Positions 44,618 through 55,114 of a stretch of DNA of 55,114 nucleotides are shown in pieces. This DNA is from Chiloscyllium plagiosum. Taxonomy: Eukaryota. The stretch is from assembly GCF_004010195.1 (NCBI RefSeq), contig NC_057711.1, forward strand, positions 74,586,933-74,642,046. Direction: 5' to 3'. The notes beneath the pieces were generated by a model, which was given only the letters and a program-made list of their open reading frames with translations, was not told where the DNA came from and did no database searches. How positions within the stretch are numbered: the first letter of the stretch is position 1; each line of letters begins with the position of its first letter. The position numbers were made by a program, and so were the translations under genes.

Positions 44618-47596
44618 CTAATGACTTGGATGCAGGGATAGAAGGTACTATAGCCAAATTTGCAGATGATCTTAAAATAAGTGAGAAGTTGCAATCAAGA
44701 AATAAAAATTTATAAATGGATGTGAATAGGTTAGCTGAATGGACCAAAATTTGGCAGTTAGATTTTATTTTGTTTAAGTGTGAGGTTATCCATTTTGGTC
44801 AGAAGAATAGAAAGGCAACTTATTATCTAAATGGAGAGAAACTTCAAAGTATGTTGGTGCAGAAGTGTATGGGTGCCCTTGAGCATGAATTGCAAAAAAA
44901 AAACTAGGAAATAAGGAAAGGAAAGGCAGTCATGGCATTTATTGCTAAAGGAATAGAGTAGAACAGTAGAGAATTGTTATTGTAACTGTGCAAGACATTG
45001 GTGAGAGTACACCTGGTGTATTGTGTACAATTGGTTAAGGAGGGATGTAGTTGCATTGGAGGCAGTTTCAAGGAGATTCACCCGATTGATTTCAGGGATG
45101 AAGAGTTTGTCCTATGAAGAGAGGCTGAGTGGTTTAGGCCTGCATTCTATGGAATTTAGAAGAATGAAAGGAGATCGAATTGAGGTATATCAAAAATTAA
45201 AGATGATTGACAATGTAGATGTGAAATGATTGCTGCCCTTTGTGGGGAAATCTAAAGCATGAGGTGTTAGTTTTAGGATAAGGGTTAGGAGATTTAAATC
45301 TACATTGAATAGAAATTGCATCTGCCAGCGGGTCATGAATCTGTGGAATTCACTACCCCAGAATATAATGAATTTAGGGACATTGAGTAAATTTAACAAG
45401 GAGATAGATAGTTTTAACTAATGCATCGAAAATTTATGGACAATGGGCAGGAAAGTGAAGTTGACGCAGAAATGATTGCATTGAATGATGGAACAGGCCT
45501 GAAGGACTGAATGGTCTCTTCCTGCACTGATTGTTATGTTCTTGTAAGACATTTACAAAGTGCCCTAATTGTGGTGTACTTTAGAGTGGGAGGCCTTTTG
45601 CATCGCAGGCACTGTCTTGGCAGGGAATTGCCTAGTTTCAATGAGCACATATAACTGAGATTAAAGCTGTGCTGCATAGTCTGCCTGCCTTCACAGCAAA
45701 CAGTTGATCCATCATTGAAAGATTTTGCCATGTGATCCTTGTTCACTAAAGCAGGCTTATGGAGACTTTCAATGATGTACAGAGACTGCCTCCACCTCAT
45801 TCCACCATAAACTACCAACTGCTGTTATTTGCATCTGTTTAACTCTCAGGTCAGGTATTACTACTTTGCAGCTCGTTGGGACAAGCTGCAGTTAAACATA
45901 TGTCATCAGCACAAATATGGGTGACTGATTAATCTACTCCTATCCTGTAACTCCTATGTCCTATTATAACTGAAATCTCATAGTCACTATTTTAAAATTT
46001 TCGGTAAGGGCAATAGATTTAATAGATATCGATTTTCTTCATGAATACATAATTGGGTGCATATGGTTTGAGGATAAATACCTTTCAGTCAATTATTAGA
46101 AAGCTCAATCCCTTCAATAACCTTTCTACCAAAAGCCACTTATAGCTGATTTATCTATAAGTTTTGATATTCAGTGTAAAATTCATTGGGAAAGTTTATT
46201 ACAGTGCAAGTGGGCATTATTTTTGTAATTATTTCATTGGCTTAAATATTGAAAAACATTTAAAATTTTCAGACACCACAAGCCCTCTTGACTTTGTGGT
46301 AGTATCCAAAAGTCCCTCCTTGGATCTGCTCCTCAGTCTCCATGTCATTACATGTCCCTGGCACTCACATAATTAGTGCAGGGGATAAACCGAAAACTCT
46401 GTCTTGATAAACCAAAATATGCATCATTAAAAGTGTTTGTGGCATTCAGCTTCACTTCCTAGTTTATACATAGGTCCTGGACATGGAGGTCAATTGACAC
46501 AACCCATTTGCTCTTCACAATTGTCAGGGAAGCCCTTCTGGGTCCATGACCTCTACTTCTAAGTTCCTCATTATATTTTCTGTTAAACTGTGAGAGTGAA
46601 ATCAAAATGAAATCGACTCCTTCATGTTAGGCAGGCATGATTTATAAGGTTTATCTGATTTCCGATGCAATCAACATCAGCAATGCAATGTGAAGTAATT
46701 AACTGAAAAGATGCTTACTCTACCCTCATATGTTGGGATAATATGAGGGAGAAAATTTAATAGAAAGCAGATTTGCTCGACTGCAATACAGAATTCAGTA
46801 ACTCCTCTTGCCAACATTTCAACAGTGCCAATACTACAAAATTTATAATGTTCTCTCAAGCATAGATTGGTATTCATAATTTATAGATGGCAGACTTATT
46901 TTATCCATTAAAAAAATGGATGCCATGCACACACGTTGTACACCTTAGATGACTTTAAATATTATTATATTCTGCAAACTGAAACTTTGCAGGTTCTGTT
47001 TAAGGATTAAGACAGTTTTATTGTGTAGAAATCACTTACTAATTTAGTTATAACAATAAGAGTCAAATAACTATCTCTTTGATAAGCTTGTAATAAAAAA
47101 CTGATTGAAACAAAAGCTGATTCACTCTGTTTCCCAAACTATAAGATTGTTAACAAACCTTTCACATATTATAACATTTTATTATAATTAAGATATATTA
47201 GCCAGACACGAAAAGACACTCGTAGTTAGCATGCACAGAATTCTTTGAGACCGAAAGGATATATCTGTGTCTTCCTGCAAGATTGACTTTGTTCCAAAAT
47301 AGTCATAACATCTTAAAGTATGCACAGCAGCAAGATCATTATGACAAAGGTAACTAAATATACAATGTCTAAAGGAAATGGTGCTAACACAGAATGGTCC
47401 AGCAGACTGCAGAAATTCTTTCCTTGTGTCTTCTCAAAAATGGATATTGCTGAAGTAATGCTGATCTCTCTTGATATTCTTTTGACATGCTTTCAAAGTA
47501 CTAGACTGCTTTTAGTGAGAAACTACATTAACATTACACAGAGTGCTTTTATGTGGATCAGAAGTTTGCTTCGGCTTGAAACAAATTTAACTGATT

Positions 47597-47724
47597 TAGA
47601 ACATAGAACATTACAGCACAGTACAGGCCCTTCAGCATTCGATGTTGCGCCGACCTGTCATACCAATCTGAAGCCCATCTAACCTACACTATTCCATGTA
47701 CATCCATATGCTTGTCCAATGACG
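47597..47724 (-). mobile_element. CR1 3' end, similar subfamily to 29880-30008
   Basis: agaacatagaacattacagcacagtacaggccc...atatgcttgtccaatgac. Confidence 0.8.
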
Positions 47725-47819
47725 TCCAGTGACGACTTCAGAATCAGGATCTTAAAGCCATACTTTTCTCCTAATTGCTAAAATTGCAAATGTTTCTGAT
47801 ATATCATCCCAGTGCAACC

Positions 47820-48058
47820 TTTAGATTAGATTCCCTACAGTATGGAAACACGTCCTCCGTCCAACAAATCTGCACCAATCCTCTCTTAAGAGTAACCCAA
47901 CCAGACCCATTCCACTCTCCTATATTTACCCCTGATTAATGCATTGAACATTATGGGCAATTTAGCATGGCCAATTCACCTGAGCTACACATCTTTGGAT
48001 TGTGGGAGGAAACACACATAGGAAGAATGTACAAACTCCACACAGACATTCACCTGAG
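47820..48058 (-). mobile_element. HE1-like SINE lacking its head
   Basis: ttagattagattccctacag tail and V-domain. Confidence 0.8.
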
Positions 48059-48059
48059 G

Positions 48060-48668
48060 TGGATGCATCACAGTGTGGCATGGCACTGTTCTGTCCAAGA
48101 TGTTACAGAAAGTTGTGCACACAGCCCAGTCCATCACACAAACCAGCCTTTCATCCATTGACTCTAACCATACTTCCCACTACTTTAGGAAAGTAGCCAA
48201 CAGAGGGTGGCACAGTGGCTCGCACTGCAGCCTCACAGCACCAGGGACCTAGGTTTGATTCTAGCCTCAGGTGACTGTCTGTGTGGAGTTTTCACATTTT
48301 CCCTGTGTCTGTGTGGGTTTCCTCAAGCTGCTCCGGTTTCCTCCCACAGTCCATAAAATGTGTAGGTTAGGTGAATTGGCCATGCTAAATCACCCATAAT
48401 GTTCAGGGGTGTGTAGGTTAGGTGCATCATTCAGGGGAAATGTAGAATAGTATGGTAGGGGAATGGGTCTGGGTGGGTTACTCTTTGGAGGGTCAGTGTG
48501 GACATGTTGGGCCAAATGTTTCCACACTGTAGGGATTCTATGATCTGAGCATTATCAAGGAACCCTCCTACCCCAGGTATACTCTCGTCCATTGGTCAGG
48601 AGATACAACACACAGAATACATTTCACTGTATCTCTGTACATGTGACAATAATAAATCAAATCAAACC
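48060..48668 (+). mobile_element. Rex1/Babar-like LINE 3' fragment split by an HE1 SINE
   Basis: GCITVWHG...LQKVVHTAQSITQTSL...IIKEPSYPG and tttcactgtatctctgtacatgtgacaataa tail. Confidence 0.65.
48203..48545 (+). mobile_element. HE1-like SINE, full length
   Basis: Head gggtggcacagtggctc through ccacactgtagggattctatg. Confidence 0.85.
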
Positions 48669-48833
48669 AAACTCAGAAGGTCTGGCAGCATCTATGAAAA
48701 GGGAAACAGAGTTAACACTTTGAATCCACTGTGACTCTGCTTCAGAAACACTGGACTTGAAATGTGAGATCTGTTTCTCTCCCCACAGATGCTGCCAGAT
48801 TGAACTGCAAGACCTGACAGAGAACATCTATCT

Positions 48834-49774
48834 CGAGACAGTATGGTGCTGCAAAAGCACAGCAGGTCAGGCAGCATCCAAGGAGTAGGAGAATCGACGT
48901 TTCGAGCATAAGACGAGAATCAGGAATGAGGCTAGTGGGCTGGGGAGTGAGAAATAAATAGGAGGGGCGTGGGGTTGGGGCGAAGGTAGCTGGGAAAGCG
49001 ATAGGTAGATGAAGGTGAGGGAGAAGGTGATAGATCGGAGAAGAAGGTGAGTAGACTAATGGGAAACTGATGGACTAGTCAGGAGGGCGGTGGTGGGTTG
49101 GAGGCTTGGGACTGGGATAATGTGGAGGGAGGGGAAATGAGGAAATTGTTGAAATCCACATTTATCCCGTATGGTTGCAGGGTCCCAAGGTGGAATATGA
49201 GGCATTCTTCCTCCAGATGTCAGGTGGTAACGGTTTGGTAATGGAGGAGGCCCAGGACTTGCATGTCCTTGGTGGAGTGAAAGGGGAAGTTGAAGTGTTC
49301 AGCCACTGGGCGGTGGGGTTGATTGGTACGGGAGTCCCAATGATGTTCTCTGAAACGATCCGCGAGTAGCTGTCCTGTCTCCCCGATGTAGAGGAGACCA
49401 CATCGGGTGCAATGGATACAGTAGATGACATTGGTGGAGGTACAGGTAAATTTCAGTCCCAAGCCTCCAACCCACCACCACCCTCCTGACTAGCCCATCA
49501 CCTTTCCCATTAGTCCACTCCACACTCCTCTCCGACCTATCACCTTCTCCCTCACCTTCATCTACCTATCGCTTTCCCAGCTACCTTCTCCCCCAACCCC
49601 ACCCACCTCCTATTTGTCTCTCAGCCCCCTGGCCCACAAGCATCATTCCTGATTCTCGGCTTATGCCCGAAACGTCGATTCTCCTGCTCCTCGGATGCTA
49701 CCGGACCTGCTGTGCTTTTCCAGCACTACAGTTTTGACTCTGATCTCCAGTATCTGCAGTCCTCACTTTCTTCT
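48834..49774 (-). mobile_element. Penelope-like family B insertion: GIY-YIG 3' end with inverted pLTR, tail and 15-bp TSD
   Basis: FTCTSTNVIYCIHCTRCGLLYIGETG...FREH; arms ~48834-49112 and 49455-49740; TSD agagaacatctatct at 48819-48833 and 49775-49789. Confidence 0.9.
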
Positions 49775-50076
49775 AGAGAACATCTATCTACCTGCCTTAT
49801 TTTAATAGCTCTGCTCTGGCCCACTAACTCTGCACCTATGCGGTATGTGTATCTGACTCACATTCAAATCAGAATTCCTTTTGACCAAGTAATAAAAAGT
49901 ATGCAAATGAGTTCTTCCATCTCATGCATTACCAGGAAGGCTGCATTTCATTAAATGTTTGTGTTACTTGTCTGGCGATTGTTTGGTTTGATGTTATTCC
50001 CTTAAATACTATAAAAAAAAACTTTTATTCAATAGATAACTTACAATTTTTATCTGACGTTTTTTTGATAGAATGT

Positions 50077-50922
50077 TTCAAGATGGTGGCAGAGTAGGGC
50101 TCCTGTGCCAGAGTTCCTGCCCACTGAAACCTTTTTTTTTCTTTCTTTTTCATTCATCTGAGCTCAAATGGAATCAGCAGCAGTGAGAGACAGCAAGGAC
50201 GTCGAGTGGATCGAGCGGGACCCGGAGTGGGCCCAGCGCAGACCTCAACCAGGCCCAGTGTGGGGCAGGAATGGGCCCAGCATGGTACTGGACTGGACTG
50301 AGTGTGAACCTGGACCAGACATAGCACACACCTGGACTGGGTCTAATGTGGAGCAAGAGCAGGCCCAGCGTGGACCTGGACTGGCCCAGCACAGTAGAGA
50401 GTGAACCCTTACTCACCATCTAGGGCAAAGATAGGAGCTGGGACGGATTCAATGGTTACTATGTTGGTGGAGGTGACATTGGCAGGGTAGGCCCACTGTC
50501 AGATGGTGTCTGAGGATCAGTGACTTCATCTTTGGTTGGATCCGGTGCAGACGGCAGCAAAGCGGTGTGGAAGGGCATTGGTTTGACCTCAAAGTAGACC
50601 CTGTGATGTTCAGCGCAGGTGGCAACAAAACAGTGACAGAGGAGAATTGGCCCAGCAGCGAAAGATGGGACATGTGGATCAGTGACTTAGGCATTGTTTG
50701 GGTCCGGTGTAGAGGTGACAGAAGAGGGATGGCAGAGCAGGCATGGTGATAGACTCTCTTTAAACTTCATCTTTCTATTCTTTCTTCTTTCTTAATCTTT
50801 TAAATTATTCAAAATGCTGCTGGATTGTGGCGAAATGGAAAAAGCTTTTCACTGTATTTTACAGTGTTGTTATAAGACACAGGTGACAATAAATCATTCA
50901 TTCATTCAAATCATTCATTCAT
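50077..50922 (+). mobile_element. Non-autonomous retroposon-like element with an internal GC-rich tandem array
   Basis: Starts caagatggtgg; ~30-bp ggcccagcgtgga-type repeats at 50230-50395; ends tttcactgta...gtgacaataaa(tcat)n, like the Rex1-type tail at 48622-48668. Confidence 0.55.
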
Positions 50923-52033
50923 GACGTTTCTGAAGAACATTACTCTGTGCTGGATCTGAGTTCCTCAGTTGATGGTTATTTTGACTGCAGCACACCAAAC
51001 GTACTTTTTCAGAAAAGTCCTGAGCAAGATTCAATGGAAAGATTGGGCACACAAAACATTTCACGAACCATGGTGCATGCCAATGATTGTCTTATTGCCA
51101 GAAATTCTATGTCTATCCCTTCAGTAGAGCCTAACCAACTACAAAAGATAATATACGATAAAGTCACTCCAGTCTTACCAGACCATAGGGCTGCTCTCTC
51201 ATTAGAGAAACAACTGTTAGTGGTTTTAACCTGAAGATTATCATTCCTTAGGTGAGGTGAGAGGCTGAGAGTCATTTAGGGTAATTGAACCCATGCCGTT
51301 GGTATCACACTGAATCACAAACAAACTCTCCAAACAACTAAGCTAATCCACAAAGGTTAGCTTAAGGTCTTGTCACGTGAAGATTCTTGGGAATCAGGGG
51401 AAACTGGGCAGATGGTTTATCAAGGCTGACTTTTAACTCCATTCCAAAGGCCAGTCAGTGCCCATGACCCCCTGTCGAAAGTCATACTTCTGAACCTTGA
51501 ACCATTCCAGGTTTACAACAGATTAGAAATTTAACCAGCCTGATGTGAACTTCTGGTGCTTTTCCTTCGAATGAATGTTCCTCACCTTCTCCAATTTTAT
51601 GAGGTGCATCCCACTGCCCACTGGGCACCTTCTGTTTATAAAACCGAGACAAGCACATTGTTTGCCACTGTTCACAGAAATTGCAAGTAGGATCCAATAA
51701 AAATATAGCATTTCATCTCTCCAGTATTCTTATTGAAGTTGGAGGGTGGAAGAGACAGATTCTGCATTCCCATCCAGCACCAGTGGGATGTCAGTTATGT
51801 TCCTTAATCAGTCGATGGATGTCCATTAACATAGAGTTCAATGTAATTTAATGGTAGGAATGGGCTGAACGGGTATCAAATAGTTTTCCCATGCCTCCTG
51901 AAGGCTGCCTAGCAAGCACTAATGATTTTCCAGCTGCCTTCTGATGGCACCGATGGGAATGAAGAGCAGCCAGGCTCAGATTGACCAGAAACTCTTGATG
52001 GGCAGGTCTTCTAATGACATGATTCTTGAATGG

Positions 52034-52249
52034 GAGAAGGTGAGGACTGCAGATGCTGGAGATCAGAGTTGAAAAGTGTAGCGCTGGAAAAGCACAGCAG
52101 GTCAGGCAGCATCCAAGGAGCAGGAGAATCGATGTTTCGGGCACAAGTTCTTCATCAGGGAATGGCTTATGCCTGAAACATCAATTCTCCTGCTCCTAGG
52201 ATGCTGCCTGACGTGCTGTGCTTTTCTAGCGCCACATTGTTCAACCGTC
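52034..52249. mobile_element. PLE family B fold-back insertion with TSD of at least 12 bp
   Basis: attcttgaatgg at 52022-52033 and 52250-52261. Confidence 0.85.
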
Positions 52250-53729
52250 ATTCTTGAATGGCAGGGAGAACTTTAAGTAATGGCACTTGACACAAGTAGG
52301 CCTCCCAGAGGAATGGACCAGGAATCCCAATGAGTTCTCCAACTAGATAACAAGATTCACATCAGGCCGATTAATTCACCGTAGTTGTCTGAGTCTTTCG
52401 AGAATCTGGAGCTTTTGCTTTGAAATGCTGAAGCAGAATAAGGCCCTGTGTATATTTGCACATTTAAACAATTTGCCTGTTTTGTTCAGGGCACACATTT
52501 AAAGGTGTGTTTTAAGATTGAATTAATTCAGCAAACATGCTGACACACACCTACCAGATTTGCTTTTGCCAGCTGCCCACATTTAGGAAAAACATTCAAT
52601 TTACCAAAATTAATGCCTAACTGTAGATTTTCTATAACTTTTCTTTTTCTCCCAGTTTCCCAAACTGATGAGATCAATCAGAAGTCTGACCTTGCCTGAA
52701 AGCTTTTATGTGGAGATGCTGGTGTTGGATTGGAGTGGACAGTCTGAAGTCATATGACACCAGACTATAGTCCAACAAGGTGGTGAAGGTGGGGTGTGTG
52801 TGGTGATAGTTGAGGGTGGAAACAAGCAATCATTTCACCAGCAAGAAGTGGGTTTACTACTGAAAAATTTTAAGGAGACTGCACACTCTCTTTTTAAGTC
52901 ATGACCAGGTTTTCCTAGCCTCGGAAAAACACAGCAAAATAAAATAAGACAACAAGAAAGCCTCGATGCATTGGTGGTCACTATCTTGTCTCCCTATTCC
53001 CCACTGTCCCTCCAAAATGTATATGCAGCCCGTGTGTGCCTAAAAACACACACACATGCACACACCCCTGTCGCACGTCATTAACAGAATTACTGGCTTC
53101 TCCAATGTATGTGCGTGCAGCAGACTTTCCAGCCATACAGCAGGATGGTATCTCAGTCAGTGAGGTATTCAGGTGGGAAATCTGGAAAATAGAATGAAAC
53201 AGGTTCCCATTGATAAAAGCCTTTAGGGTCACTCAAAAATACTTACTTCCTGATTTCCCACTCACCACCTCTATCCTTGCTCAGAATGTCCATCAGATGT
53301 AAAGAATCCACCAGCGACCTTATGGTACACACCAACTGTCCTTAGCTGAGGTACTGTGTTCAGGTTTTGGCACTACACTTCAGGAAAGACGTGAATACCT
53401 AAGGCAGAGTGAAAAGCCAAGTTTCTGGACGTTTCCATTTGTCCAGAGCAACATCCTGTCACACTCTGTCAAATGCTGCTTTGTTTTCAGAGGCAGTCAC
53501 AGTCACCTCACATCTGGAATTCAGCTTTCTCGTTCCATGTTTGGAACTTTAAGACCCTGAAACTATAATCAATTGTTTTATACCTCTTCCTTCTTGGATT
53601 CCTCAAGTTCACACTTAAGGGGTAGCAATGGTAAAGTGATAATTGAATGATCCAGACTAATGCGCTTGGGGTCAAGGGTTTAGACCATATGACCGCAGGT
53701 GGATTAATTTGCATTTACTGGAACTATTT

Positions 53730-53880
53730 AAATTGGAGGTAGATAGATTTGCGAAATGTTGAAGCTTTGAGGGCTGTCAGGAGATAGCAAAGAAGAGGAG
53801 TTGAGCCAGACCATCTTATAGAATGAAGACTTCAAAGGCTGAATGGCCTCCTCCTGTTCTTATTCTCAATGTTCTTATAA
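53730..53880 (+). mobile_element. Old CR1 3' end; related fragment at 53348-53418
   Basis: gaggtagatagattt...aaggctgaatggcctcctcctgttcttatt. Confidence 0.6.
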
Positions 53881-54464
53881 GTCTATTTAATTAACTGAAT
53901 TTAAATTCCTTAGTTAGTAGAATTTGAAATCATGTCACTGGAACATTAGTTCAAGCTTTTAGCTTAATAGCTCAATATAATACCAACTATACTATTGTTT
54001 CAACATGATGAGGACTCCTTTGTCTGTGCTATTGCTGCTGCACAGTTGTGTCTCTGTATCTGCAGCATGCCTTGTTCTAACTTTCAATGGGGGAGTCTGC
54101 AGTGACCTTGAAGCAACTCTTGAGGCAACTGGGAGAGCTAAACTTTAACTGTGCCATCTCAGCCTAGGTGACAGCAGCCTGGACTGGCTGACTGACAGGC
54201 AACAGCAGGGGCACTGACAGGAGCAGTGTGGGAGCATGGATGTCATCATCTTGAGTAGGAATAGCAGAGTCTTTCACAACAGTGCTGCTGCCCATTCCCA
54301 TGGGTGGCTCCTCAGCAATCAAAGCAATCTGCTGGAGCTATGAGAACTGGCAAGCCCCTTTTGAACACAGAGACCAGCACCCAAGCTGGCAGAAATCTGT
54401 GATCTCTCAGTGGCATTTAGATGTTGAGTGGCTTCTGTCTGTACCTAAAGAAGAAGAAAGAAAG

Positions 54465-54672
54465 ATTTTGATTTATATTCTGCCTTTTATCACCTCAGGT
54501 TATTCTAAAGCACTCGACAGGAAATGAGGGACCTTTGAAGTGTAGCTTCCACTTTAACGTATAAAACACTTCCACCTGTGGCCAAAATGTTCCTGAAGGC
54601 AACGTTGTGATAATGACCAGATAATCTGTTTTTGCTTGCAATGTGATAATTACTGGCCAGCACACTGAGGAA
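54465..54672 (-). mobile_element. Deu-domain SINE 3' part
   Basis: tgtgataatgaccagataatctgtttt matches the reverse Deu domain. Confidence 0.6.
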
Positions 54673-54835
54673 GCTGGCATCAGCCATCAGACTGTATCAC
54701 GGAGGGCTTGGCAAGTCCTGTGATGAAGTTGGCCACCACTTCATGCTAGAAAGGATGGGCCCCAAACTCTGCCTAAAAAAAGGCTGTGCCAATTTGAAGG
54801 TTAATTTCTTTATCCTGCTTGACAGTAACAATAGG

Positions 54836-55114
54836 CTCTGGATTAGCAGTGCTGGAAGAGCACAGCAGTTCAGGCAGCATCCAAAGAGCTTCGAAATCGA
54901 CGTTTCGGGCAAAAGTCCTTCAGCAGGAATAAAGGCAGTGAGCCTGAAGCATGGAGAGATAAGCTAGAGGAGGGTGGGGGTGGGGAGAAAGTAGCATAGA
55001 GTACAATGGGTGAGTGGGGGAGGGGATGAACATGATAGGTCAGGGAGGAGACGGTGGAGTGGATAGGTGGAAAAGGAGATAGGCAGGTAGGACAAGTCAT
55101 GGGGACAGTGCTAA
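54836..55114 (-). mobile_element. Penelope-like family B pLTR running off the window
   Basis: Reverse complement resembles 26375-26535 plus a pLTR with a mutated hammerhead core (CUGCUGA). Confidence 0.8.

Larger units (their letters stand above)
42395..45545 (+). mobile_element. Old CR1 ORF2 remnant with two nested insertions
   Basis: GDFKMH...EPTREQAILDLVLCN, FADD-like motif near 44660, 3' UTR at ~45540. Confidence 0.85.

Noticed and set aside
53087..53325. Possible exons on either strand near 53.1-53.3 kb
   Set aside because: Each candidate has only one good splice site and no recognisable peptide.
54000..54440. Possible Harbinger-type remnants (also 8700-9190, 32450-33050, 51850-52330)
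   Set aside because: Too decayed to show TIR pairs, TSDs or transposase motifs.

Overview
Eukaryotic, repeat-dense, intronic or intergenic DNA. The HE1/V-SINE, Deu-domain SINE, CR1 and Penelope-like repeat content points to a cartilaginous fish, probably a shark (inference). No intact host protein-coding gene is recognisable; the long ORFs that can be assigned come from decayed CR1 LINEs (SGNH-esterase ORF1, APE-RT ORF2), Penelope-like elements (PLEs; GIY-YIG endonuclease), RTE and Rex1/Babar remnants. The most notable structure is PLE-derived. (1) Several PLE terminal repeats carry minimal hammerhead ribozyme motifs (CUGANGA, stem II, GAAAC-GUH, palindromic stem III). (2) Many short PLE insertions are fold-backs with a one-sided ~35-nt tail and 12-15 bp target-site duplications (TSDs). 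(3) One TSD-bounded 2.46-kb composite (1505-3964) holds ~1.6 kb of non-PLE DNA between two direct hammerhead-bearing repeats, a retrozyme-like or transduction-like layout. Also seen: two long near-perfect direct repeats around short repeat-derived fillers, a CpG-retaining patch over an old SINE, nested insertions, two weak candidate exons and AT-rich candidate conserved non-coding elements. Family names and most boundaries were assigned by eye and are approximate.
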